Positions 1 to 9,096 of a DNA stretch of 24,176 bases are shown piece after piece. This stretch comes from a virus (lineage: Duplodnaviria; Caudoviricetes). Both the position numbers and the translations under genes were made by a program. Location of the stretch: the IMG/VR virus record IMGVR_UViG_3300031565_004358, positions 1 to 24,176 of that record. One strand, 5' to 3'. The first letter of the stretch is position 1, and each line of letters opens with the position of its first letter. Under the pieces are notes generated by a model that worked only from the letters and a program-made list of their open reading frames with translations, ran no database searches and was not told where the DNA came from.

Positions 1-2
1 TG

Positions 3-3000
3 TGTGGTATATATTTGGATGATACCCCTGTCAGAGTTACAAGAAAACAGGACCCAAAATATTGGACTAATGAAGTGGTGTGGGACATCCAAGATACTGG
101 CGCAAATACAATTTCAGCCAATGATCCAGACTCTGTTGTATACGAATTAGCAAATTATGACTCCAAGATTAATGCGCTGACAGAAGATGAAGACCTGACA
201 GAAGAAGATTATAATCAAATTTCTATTACATATAGAAATAATGAAAAGTTGAAAGGGTTTTTCCGATCATTAAAAGAAAAAAGTATCAGAAGCAGAGACC
301 CTTTTCAGTTATATCAAACAGAAGATATTAAATTTGCTTTTATATCTCATGACCAAATAGGTTTTTCGAATTTGCCCAACGTAAATCCAAACTCGGTTGA
401 TTATGCCGTATATTATAGCGGAGCAAATGGAACAGGGGAACTCGGTAAACGATATGCTAAAAGGGGTAATCCAAATTCTAGTTATTTTGAACAATCCACC
501 GCGGTAGAAATACCAGAACCAATTTTAAATTTACCAACAAAAGTTGGGACTTCTCAACAAAACTACGCCTCAGTTAATGGAGGTTATATTATTTTACCGC
601 TAGCGTCGGGAGACGGTTTGGTTATAGACGGTGGTAAAGTAAAATTTTCAGTAGTAGACGGAAATTGTTTAGACCCAATTTCTGAAGGGTTGGATGGGGC
701 GTTTTTATTTCTAAAAGCTACTACAGAAGATTTAACTAATTCATTTAATTTTGAGCAATTTGATTTATCAATGAATCTTGGCTACGAAAGCCAATCAGTT
801 CTTCCTTTGTTTGAAGAAACAGTAAGGTCATACGACACTCCAATTAGATTATATGGACCTATAAATCCAGAAAGCTTTGTAGATAGAACTAATCCAGCGT
901 CAAGAAATAAAATGACCCCGAGTATAATATCGGCGGCATACGAGCCAAATAGATACAGTTTTGATGCTCTGACTCCAACTAATATTTCGGCGTTTTATGG
1001 AAAAGCTACCAACATTACACAAACTTTAGCCTCGTCTTATAATTATGCTGATTGGGCAAAAAATTCTCTACTGGGAGCTATAGGATCAGATGAATCAATT
1101 TTTACCCATAATATTGATAACGAAGCGGTTATTGGAGCAAGTTTAATTATAACTATAAACGGCTTAAACGATACAGCGATAGATGGAGATAGCGCGGGCC
1201 AACCAGTGGCTACTTCAGCGGCGTTAAGGGTAGAAATAGGAATAGAAGGGGACTCGGACAGGGATGATCCTCTTTGGGAAACTTTAATAGGTTATAAATC
1301 GGTTTACGACGTTGGATTTGAGGGTTTAATTGTAGGAAGCGCGTTCAGATTTACGTTAGGGTCTCCATCTTCTCAAGGAGATAACTGGATGGCGGTTACT
1401 GAATATACTAAAAATGGGGTGACGACAACTACAGAAGGGGGGCCAAGAGCTATTGGATTGCCGCCTCCTGTGGGAGGAAGAGCGAGATATATAAGAGTTT
1501 ATAGATTAACGCCAGAAACATTTTCAAGTAAAAAGGTAATAGACATGTCTCTAAATGGGATTAACGAGCATTATGCTTATAGTTTTTCATATCCATTGTC
1601 GGCGGTCGCTGGTGTGACTATTGACGCTAGAAGTTTTTCCCGTATCCCTACCAGAACCTACGACGTAAGGCTTAAAAAGGTTATGATCCCATCTAATTAC
1701 TATCCTCTTGATAGCCAAGGGATGGATAGAAGAAAAATTAAACATGCCAGCAGTTATAATAATAATATAAAATTATACAATGGAGATTGGGACGGCACTT
1801 TTATACGAGCATGGACCGATAATCCAGCATGGATATTATATGACTTGTTAGTCGACCCGATTTATGGAGTAGGAAATAATATTGACGATTTAAAAGACAT
1901 TGATATTTGGACTCTATACCAAATTGGAAGATATTGTGATGGAGTAAATGAGAATGGATATTATGTAGGAGTCCCAGATGGATATGGGGGATTGGAGCCG
2001 CGATTTGTATGTAACGTAGTGCTACAAAATGAAAGAGACGCTCTAGACATTATTAATAGTATTGCATCTATTTTTAGAGGAATAGCTTTTTATGGTGGAG
2101 GCTCAATGAATTTCTCCTATGATCACCTAGAAGAAAAAATTGCTATATTCAGCAATAGTAATGTAGAAGGCGGCTCTTTTCAATATTCTGATACTTTAAA
2201 ATCCTCAAGATTCACCGTAGTAGAAGTCCCGTATATGGATGAGAGAAACGGGTATTTACAAAAAATAGAATCGGCAGAAGACGAAAGAGCTATACAAAAA
2301 TATGGATACATCAAAAAAACGTTTGAAGGTTTTGGAATAACTACTAGAGGACAAGCTCAAAGACTTGCTCGTTATGCTTTGTTTTCAAACAATTTAGAAA
2401 CTGAAATGATTTCCTTTACCGCTTCTAGGGAAGGTTTTTTTGTACAACCTAGTGATATAATCAAAATAGATGACGAGTTAAAAAATATAGATGTCGCCAA
2501 CGGATATATAAATCACGTAGATTATACAAATAAATCGGTAACTACAAATTGGATACCAACTGGAGGTCTCGGCACAGGGGTTTTATTTTATACCGCAACT
2601 GGCCGATGGTCGATTCAAAACTTGTTTGATCAAGCTTATAATCAGGATTTAGATGTCTCTATAGCTGATATTAATAAATTAAAAAATACACAAATTCAGT
2701 TATTCGAAGTTTCTTCGTACGAACAAGTTTCTACATCGGTTGGAAATACTGTTGTAGGTAGTGGATTAAAAATAAATTTAAATACTGGACAAAGTAATAT
2801 AAATAATTTTGATGAGGTGAAAATAGGCTCCATGTTCTCTGCCTCTTTAACGGGACGTACTGAAAATCTATATAAAATTATTGGAGTTTCTTATAACGAA
2901 AATGACACGGTAGCTATATCAGCAATAGAACATGAGCCAAGAAAATTTGCTTTGATAGAAAGCGGAATAAGGTTTGAGAAAGACGATTCGTTTTGGAGCG

Positions 3001-6000
3001 ACAGACAATTGGACATGATGATAAATCACCCGTTACCTCCTCTAGGTTCTGAATTATTTACTGGGATTTCTGATGGCGGAATTAATTTTACTGGCACAAT
3101 AACGGGGAACACAACTGGAGTTGTCGCATCAAGTTTCTTATGTAGATTAATATCTCCTGCTGGAACTTTTTACGAAGAAACTATAACAAATGACGCTTCT
3201 CCTAAATCGGTTTATTTTAATGGGATGGCGGAATTAGGAACTTATACCTTATATACGCGGTCTGTAGGACCAGCACCAAATAAACTAAAATCGACAGCAG
3301 TTACCACGTCGATAAACGTCACAGAAGAAAGCACTTATATTTATCTAGAGGTTGGAATCACTGGATTTAATTTAATGAATGGTATCGGCCAATATGATTT
3401 GGCTCAACAAACTGGGAGTTTTGATTCTTTTGGTAAAAATCTGCAACTTGGGTGGCAACTACGCGACAGATTAGGAGCAACATTATCATCAGCCGCCGCC
3501 TTTAGAACTAGAGGAAATATAAAAGTATCAGTAGATATTTTAGATAAAAACGGCAACGAAGTTACATTAGGAGTATTACAAGACGCTCAAGAAAATGGAC
3601 TCACTATTTCGTCAAATACAATAGAAGGTTGGTTTGGAGGAACATACCCGCGTGACTTCCAAGTCGTTTTAAATACAACTGGAAATGGGGCCAACGATAA
3701 CTCAGGTATATTAACTATATTAAACAATCCCCCAACCATTCAAAATCTGGGAATAATAGATTACTACGATGGAGTGGGAAATAATATCGAAATTAATATT
3801 AAAGGAGATATAAATGCCATTAAAGATTCGGATGGGTTTTCATTATTTACAGGTGATACTACTGGATTCCAAGGTATTGGGACTGATAATACGCTGCTTT
3901 CGAGAGCTTTCGCCAATAATATTATCCCGAAACAAAAAAGAGTTACCACATTCAAAAAAGAAGAATATCCTACATTTATAAATGGGACATTTATTGCAGA
4001 CAGGTCTTTGCGTGATATTTTCTTTATAAATGGAGAACAAGTTACAGTAGAATCAAACGGTTCTTATCCATCTAATATAGCGGGAGATACGTTGTACGAT
4101 TTAATTAGAGGAGATTCAATAGGCACATATTTCTCTATGGATGTGGAAAACATCCAAGGAACAGGTACTGGTATTCAAATTAATTGCCGCACATATAATA
4201 GTGAAATTGTCGATGCATGGAGACCTTTGAATTATGCTGGTAATAATTGGAGTACTCACACAACAACGGGGTCATTGTCTCAAAATGATACCAATGCCAA
4301 CGCCCCGCAGTTAATCAAAACTGGAATATATAATAGACGAACAAGAAGAGGCGGGGGTTTATTCTTTAACGGAAGTGGAGCCATCAGATTAGCGGGAGAT
4401 TACCTTACCAGCGAAATATTAACATGCACAACCCAGTCAGGGAGAAATAATATTACACCGTCTCTACAATTTTATCCAATTACTGGCTACGAAGGTTATT
4501 TGTCAACCGAAATCAGAACATTGTTAGATACCTCGTCAGAATCTGGAGGGTTTTACTTGGCTATGATTACAGGTGTGACCGACGCCGAAAGAATGTTAAG
4601 TGGTGATATCAAACTTGCAGGAGACCCTGCTGGTTCCTCTGTAACGATTTTGGACGACGATTGTAGCGCAGACAATACATCTAATTATACAAAAGGGGAT
4701 GCGGGGGAATCTTTAACATTAGTATTCAGCACGGATCATTACGTAGCAACACCAGCGGCCTTTGCCTCTTCGTTTATGCACACCACTACAGCGTGGGAAG
4801 ATGCGAAGACATATACTTATTCAGTTGATGTTAAGAGTACGGCCAGCAATCCAGCAACTAATATAATACGGTCAGATGGCATTACCACCTATGCTGTAAA
4901 GACTCTCTCCGCGCCAACTTCGTCGTGGGTCACTCAAACAGGTAGTTTTACAGTAGATTTAACAACTGACCCCACGGTCGACCAAATTGGTTTTTACGTA
5001 ACGACTGCGTCTTTTGGTAACATAGAGTATAAAAATATTCTAATTCAAGAAGCGGGTGGCGGAGTTGGTACAACAGGGGATACAATCACTTTAGTATCTC
5101 AAACTGGATATAATTGGAATGAATGGAATCACGTTGCTCTCTCACTAAACACATTTTCTGGAGATTATGGAGGTTCTGAAGTTTGGCATAGCGGAGCGGC
5201 GTCACTAGTTGTTAATGGAAAAATTGGGGCCACAGCTTTAGGCTCTGGCTCGGGCATGAGGTTCACTTATGGGCCGCAAGCTATAGGGGCGGCGGCTGGA
5301 ATCATAATTACGGGCAACGGTGGCAGAACAGCTTCGTCAATGGATAGAACATATATGGGATATATGAATGCGGTAAATTTATATGGCGCGAGCGGAGACC
5401 TAGACGAAATTCAAGCCATGAGATATGGTACATATAATCAATATATATTTAAATTAGCTAACACAGGCACTATATTCCCAATTATAAGTATGACTGATAA
5501 CGTTTCGGATCAGTTGTCTATAGTTGCTAACAGCGGACAAATATTACAATTTAATGTCGGTAATTATAATAACGCCGTAGACGAGACTTTATTAGACAAA
5601 ATTAATAATAACGGGGGTTATAACGGTGTCCAGAAATTATTTTATGTGGCATTCGATACTGCGACCAACCAATTAGAGAAAGACATTCTTGGATTATATA
5701 GTTTACGAGAAGAGGATTTTATAGCTGGGCATATAGAAGGGGATAAAACTCTTATATGGCAAAATTTTGAAGGAAAAGATTTAGCAATACAATATATATC
5801 TGGAGCGGATGACGCAGAAAGCGCACAAAGCGGGCGTTGGATTATTTGGAGCGGAGATATTAGTAAGCCTTATGACGTGGCTGGTACTGATAAAATATTC
5901 TATAATATTTCTGGAGGTCAATATCTATTTAGTTCAGCTCCTAGCGGTCACCCCCCAATTACAACAACTTGGTCTACAGGAGAAGACGCGGAAGCTTATT

Positions 6001-6659
6001 CTCTGACAGGCACAAGAACTCCAGCTACGACCCGACGAGCTGGACCATTGCAAACAGCCGCATTTAAAGACTTGTATCTTAGAGTTTCATTATCAGACGA
6101 TATAGGGGCAGGAAACATATTCCCTCCGTTAAGCGATCCTGCTATGGTTATTTCGTATGCGGGTGTTCAAAACGAATCAAAAAATTTATTAGGCTATCAA
6201 GCTAAAATTCTGGGAGATCAATCCAGAACATTAACGGACTTTGTTTATGCCGCATATGATTTTCAAACGGCTGGAGATTTCACGGATTTCGATAGCTTCC
6301 TGTCTTCTTATCTTGGCCAGCAATCCACGGAATCGCCCATCCCTCCAGAAACACCAGCGGAACGGGTGGCGACTCCGATTATCTCGCCAACCAATTCAAA
6401 TATATGGCCAGATTTTAATATAAATCCTTTGCAATTCTACTTTACCACGCCGAATTCTAGGATATGGTACAAAAAATGGACATCATTACAAACTGAACCA
6501 TCCACATGGACTGACGGAGGGACAACGTCTCCTTTAAATCTAAGTAATGTCCCAGTCCCTTATAATGGGAGTCTTGAAGTCCGAGCTTATGCATCTAAAG
6601 ATGGCTTAACGAACTCTACAATTACAAGTAGATATTATACTAACGAAAGAGATATTTAA
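3..6659 (+). CDS. Phage tail tip / host-specificity protein, lambda gpJ (TipJ)-like, with extended receptor-binding C-terminus; 5'-truncated by window edge
   Basis: The frame is open from nt 3 (CGIYLDDTPV, like the gpJ 'IYLNDTP' motif), so the TTG at 15 is probably not the true start. gpJ-family motifs: SYPLSAVAG..DARSF..IPTRTY, IPSNY, WDGTF..AWTDNPAWILYDLL, IDIWTLYQIGRYCD..VPDGYGGLEPRF.CN, G.T.RGQAQRLAR. These are followed by FN3-like, LamG-like and C-terminal FN3-associated segments. Confidence 0.9.
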   Translation, partial: CGIYLDDTPVRVTRKQDPKYWTNEVVWDIQDTGANTISANDPDSVVYELANYDSKINALTEDEDLTEEDYNQISITYRNNEKLKGFFRSLKEKSIRSRDPFQLYQTEDIKFAFISHDQIGFSNLPNVNPNSVDYAVYYSGANGTGELGKRYAKRGNPNSSYFEQSTAVEIPEPILNLPTKVGTSQQNYASVNGGYIILPLASGDGLVIDGGKVKFSVVDGNCLDPISEGLDGAFLFLKATTEDLTNSFNFEQFDLSMNLGYESQSVLPLFEETVRSYDTPIRLYGPINPESFVDRTNPASRNKMTPSIISAAYEPNRYSFDALTPTNISAFYGKATNITQTLASSYNYADWAKNSLLGAIGSDESIFTHNIDNEAVIGASLIITINGLNDTAIDGDSAGQPVATSAALRVEIGIEGDSDRDDPLWETLIGYKSVYDVGFEGLIVGSAFRFTLGSPSSQGDNWMAVTEYTKNGVTTTTEGGPRAIGLPPPVGGRARYIRVYRLTPETFSSKKVIDMSLNGINEHYAYSFSYPLSAVAGVTIDARSFSRIPTRTYDVRLKKVMIPSNYYPLDSQGMDRRKIKHASSYNNNIKLYNGDWDGTFIRAWTDNPAWILYDLLVDPIYGVGNNIDDLKDIDIWTLYQIGRYCDGVNENGYYVGVPDGYGGLEPRFVCNVVLQNERDALDIINSIASIFRGIAFYGGGSMNFSYDHLEEKIAIFSNSNVEGGSFQYSDTLKSSRFTVVEVPYMDERNGYLQKIESAEDERAIQKYGYIKKTFEGFGITTRGQAQRLARYALFSNNLETEMISFTASREGFFVQPSDIIKIDDELKNIDVANGYINHVDYTNKSVTTNWIPTGGLGTGVLFYTATGRWSIQNLFDQAYNQDLDVSIADINKLKNTQIQLFEVSSYEQVSTSVGNTVVGSGLKINLNTGQSNINNFDEVKIGSMFSASLTGRTENLYKIIGVSYNENDTVAISAIEHEPRKFALIESGIRFEKDDSFWSDRQLDMMINHPLPPLGSELFTGISDGGINFTGTITGNTTGVVASSFLCRLISPAGTFYEETITNDASPKSVYFNGMAELGTYTLYTRSVGPAPNKLKSTAVTTSINVTEESTYIYLEVGITGFNLMNGIGQYDLAQQTGSFDSFGKNLQLGWQLRDRLGATLSSAAAFRTRGNIKVSVDILDKNGNEVTLGVLQDAQENGLTISSNTIEGWFGGTYPRDFQVVLNTTGNGANDNSGILTILNNPPTIQNLGIIDYYDGVGNNIEINIKGDINAIKDSDGFSLFTGDTTGFQGIGTDNTLLSRAFANNIIPKQKRVTTFKKEEYPTFINGTFIADRSLRDIFFINGEQVTVESNGSYPSNIAGDTLYDLIRGDSIGTYFSMDVENIQGTGTGIQINCRTYNSEIVDAWRPLNYAGNNWSTHTTTGSLSQNDTNANAPQLIKTGIYNRRTRRGGGLFFNGSGAIRLAGDYLTSEILTCTTQSGRNNITPSLQFYPITGYEGYLSTEIRTLLDTSSESGGFYLAMITGVTDAERMLSGDIKLAGDPAGSSVTILDDDCSADNTSNYTKGDAGESLTLVFSTDHYVATPAAFASSFMHTTTAWEDAKTYTYSVDVKSTASNPATNIIRSDGITTYAVKTLSAPTSSWVTQTGSFTVDLTTDPTVDQIGFYVTTASFGNIEYKNILIQEAGGGVGTTGDTITLVSQTGYNWNEWNHVALSLNTFSGDYGGSEVWHSGAASLVVNGKIGATALGSGSGMRFTYGPQAIGAAAGIIITGNGGRTASSMDRTYMGYMNAVNLYGASGDLDEIQAMRYGTYNQYIFKLANTGTIFPIISMTDNVSDQLSIVANSGQILQFNVGNYNNAVDETLLDKINNNGGYNGVQKLFYVAFDTATNQLEKDILGLYSLREEDFIAGHIEGDKTLIWQNFEGKDLAIQYISGADDAESAQSGRWIIWSGDISKPYDVAGTDKIFYNISGGQYLFSSAPSGHPPITTTWSTGEDAEAYSLTGTRTPATTRRAGPLQTAAFKDLYLRVSLSDDIGAGNIFPPLSDPAMVISYAGVQNESKNLLGYQAKILGDQSRTLTDFVYAAYDFQTAGDFTDFDSFLSSYLGQQSTESPIPPETPAERVATPIISPTNSNIWPDFNINPLQFYFTTPNSRIWYKKWTSLQTEPSTWTDGGTTSPLNLSNVPVPYNGSLEVRAYASKDGLTNSTITSRYYTNERDI

Positions 6660-7123
6660 ACCTTTTTATAAAAAGACTTTCCTTCTGGTGCGAACCCCAG
6701 ACGATTACATAACACATTTTCAAACTTTTGAGAAACGGGGGATGATTGCAATACCCCCATCGTCATATAATCTATATTAGAACGCTTCTTGATAAGCTTC
6801 TCTGCTTCTAAAAATACTTTCATTCCGATTAGTGGAGAAACTGATACCCAAATATAACTCTGCGCTATAATCTTGTTAACGCGATAGTCAGGGCCAATCA
6901 CGAACCAAATAAAACCGTCACAGTGATCAGGGTTATCAAAATGAGCTACGATAATACACTCATTAATAATTAAATAAATATTCGCCCACGCTTTCCATAG
7001 CATATCTGTGTCGTACAACTCTCCTCCGTAATGTAACGCCGCCCGTGATTTCAAGACGGCGCTTTCATCGAAGCTATTATAAAGAATTTTTAATTCGCTC
7101 AGAGATGTGACGCGTTTAATCAT
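6656..7123 (-). CDS. GNAT-fold (N-acetyltransferase-like) protein
   Basis: About 155 aa with GNAT topology: N-terminal IKRVT, central DGFIWFV strand, IWVS..IGMKVFLEAEKLIKK helix, C-terminal RLGF...Y.K. ATG at 7123 is preferred over the TTG at 7126. The acetyl-CoA loop (R/QxxGxG) is contracted. Confidence 0.6.
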   Translation of the reverse strand: MIKRVTSLSELKILYNSFDESAVLKSRAALHYGGELYDTDMLWKAWANIYLIINECIIVAHFDNPDHCDGFIWFVIGPDYRVNKIIAQSYIWVSVSPLIGMKVFLEAEKLIKKRSNIDYMTMGVLQSSPVSQKFENVLCNRLGFAPEGKSFYKKV

Positions 7124-7925
7124 CAATAGATTCTTTAAACAATTGAATTAACTTTCTTTGTTCGGCGGTGGGGATATCTGAAAACGATTCCCACTCTCCA
7201 GATTCCTCGTTACGATATATTTCAGAGGTCCACAATCGCCGTAACATAGTCTTAAATTCATCCCAAGTAAATACGTTATGTTTGGTAGCTAAAATATCTT
7301 TAAGCACCGTTACGGGGGAGGGAAACGCTCCTGAAGACTCTTCTCCCTTCTCTTCGTTGGGCTTTTTAAATGGAGCCTCATCTATTTCATCGTCTCCAAC
7401 TATATGAATATTTAAAAAGTTGCGTACACAGCGTACGAACGCCCTGTTTTCGGCAATAGATTCTAAATATTTAGAACTGACACCCGCTGTATTATCCAAG
7501 GTGGCGTTAGCCACAGAAGAAAAGATAACCTCTCTTCCGTCCGTTTCATAATTACCGATAAAACTCATGTTGCACGATAACACAGCGCGAGACGAAGAAG
7601 ATTCAACCACTTGATATTCAACCCAAGTAAACCCGCGCAAACGGGCTAGCTCTTTTATGCCAGACAGCTTAATCAAAAGTTGATTATCCTCTAACCCGTC
7701 TATGGATTTGGGGATAGGTTCCGCCCGCTTTTCGAACCACTCGGAATTTGGATATAAGTGATCGGGGTTAATCATCCCCCTCCAGTTGACAGAGTGATCT
7801 TTATTGAAACTGTATTCGACATCTTTAATAAGACCGTACCTGTCCCGTTTATATAATTCTGGTTCGGGAGTCTTAATATGAGTATGCATTTCTGCAAAAT
7901 GTTCTTTTCCTTGTTTAGCGCTCAT
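7116..7925 (-). CDS. Putative single-strand annealing recombinase (Rad52/Sak/RecT-like superfamily)
   Basis: LLIKLSGIKELA helix, then a three-strand sheet and ANAT..N....YLESIAENRAFVRCVRNFLNI...DEI, which resembles the SSAP 'AExRAxxRAxR...EE' core. An acidic linker and a small helical C-terminal domain follow. Confidence 0.55.
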   Translation of the reverse strand: MSAKQGKEHFAEMHTHIKTPEPELYKRDRYGLIKDVEYSFNKDHSVNWRGMINPDHLYPNSEWFEKRAEPIPKSIDGLEDNQLLIKLSGIKELARLRGFTWVEYQVVESSSSRAVLSCNMSFIGNYETDGREVIFSSVANATLDNTAGVSSKYLESIAENRAFVRCVRNFLNIHIVGDDEIDEAPFKKPNEEKGEESSGAFPSPVTVLKDILATKHNVFTWDEFKTMLRRLWTSEIYRNEESGEWESFSDIPTAEQRKLIQLFKESIDD

Positions 7926-9096
7926 AAATATAAAAATGGTTTAGTTCGTCAATAAAGTCCTGATCATCAGAAACTTTAATAAAGGCTGTATCATTACCCA
8001 TTTTTTTCAACTTGTCAACGTTTTTCCAATAATATTTGCCTAAAAAGACGCCTTCTTTAGTTAATAAAACTTTTTTTGACCTAATATAAAGATCATCGCG
8101 GGTTAAATCTAGCCCTTCTGGTATCTCAGGAGGCTTGAATATTTCAATTCCGTAATCAAAATATTTATTTCGTAAAAACCCAATCTCCTCCTTCAAACAA
8201 GGTTCGGCAAATATATTAAATCTAACCCCGTTTTGCGATAACTTCACCAGATAATCAGAGCTGGGCATTTTATCATGAGGGCAGATGAAATTGACTATAC
8301 CTACCATAATTTTATATTTTATCAATAACTCTAGTGGAATTTCCCTATTTGTAATAATTGTAGATTTATAATTATTCAACCAAAATGCCAAATTTTCATC
8401 TGAATGAAAATAATCGTCGCGAATATTAATAATTTTTCCCTGTAATGACGGTGGTAATGAAGTGAAATTAGGAACAATTTCATATAACGGGAAATGATAA
8501 TTAGCGCCTATATAAACTACGGTATGAGAAATGGGCATGGGTAAATTAAGATGCTCTAATATCTCTTTTACAATAATATGCGGGTAGATATTATTAATTA
8601 AAGACGGATTCTCTTGCGGAGATAAAGAAGGTTTATTTCCTTTGTAATCAGCCACTAATAGAGAAGGTTTATTTTCTTGATTCCAGTATGGGCCAGACCA
8701 ACTTGGGTGAGAATGAGAAAACAGGGCAACGATAGGACGATCATATGCAGAAGCTACGTGACAAGATGGATCGTCAGGACATAAATGAACTAATGAATTT
8801 CTTATTATATAATTTACCTGATTAATAGTAGCATTATCTACGTGAATATCTACCTGAGAGAGTTTTAATTCTGGGCTAGATAGTTGCACAATTTTTATAT
8901 CTTCCTTAAGCACAGCTAAGTTTTCTTTTAATAAATTTAAAACTTCCTCCCAATAAAAATAATTGATACAATCAACATTAGAATTACTAATGGTTATATA
9001 TTTATCTGCATTTATGGAATAAAAATGTTCAATTAATTGGGGTTTTGAAATTTTAACCCCACAATGTTTAGCGTATTCTTCAATAATATGAGCCAT
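7915..9096 (-). CDS. GT9 (heptosyltransferase-type) C-terminal Rossmann lobe fused to an uncharacterised ~200-aa domain
   Basis: aa 1-185 (HIIEEYAKHCG..KP.L, YITI, YFYWEEVL.LL, KIVQL, TINQVNYIIRNS.VHLCPDDPSCHVASAYDRPIVALFS...P..SGPY) match the GT9 C-lobe pattern 'sl.qlaali..a.l.vgnDSG..HlAaA...P.valFG...P'. The GT9 N-lobe is absent from this ORF. Confidence 0.7.
   Translation of the reverse strand: MAHIIEEYAKHCGVKISKPQLIEHFYSINADKYITISNSNVDCINYFYWEEVLNLLKENLAVLKEDIKIVQLSSPELKLSQVDIHVDNATINQVNYIIRNSLVHLCPDDPSCHVASAYDRPIVALFSHSHPSWSGPYWNQENKPSLLVADYKGNKPSLSPQENPSLINNIYPHIIVKEILEHLNLPMPISHTVVYIGANYHFPLYEIVPNFTSLPPSLQGKIINIRDDYFHSDENLAFWLNNYKSTIITNREIPLELLIKYKIMVGIVNFICPHDKMPSSDYLVKLSQNGVRFNIFAEPCLKEEIGFLRNKYFDYGIEIFKPPEIPEGLDLTRDDLYIRSKKVLLTKEGVFLGKYYWKNVDKLKKMGNDTAFIKVSDDQDFIDELNHFYIYER

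Noticed and set aside
5400-6659. Diversity-generating retroelement target in the tail protein
   Set aside because: No reverse transcriptase and no template/variable repeat pair visible in the window.
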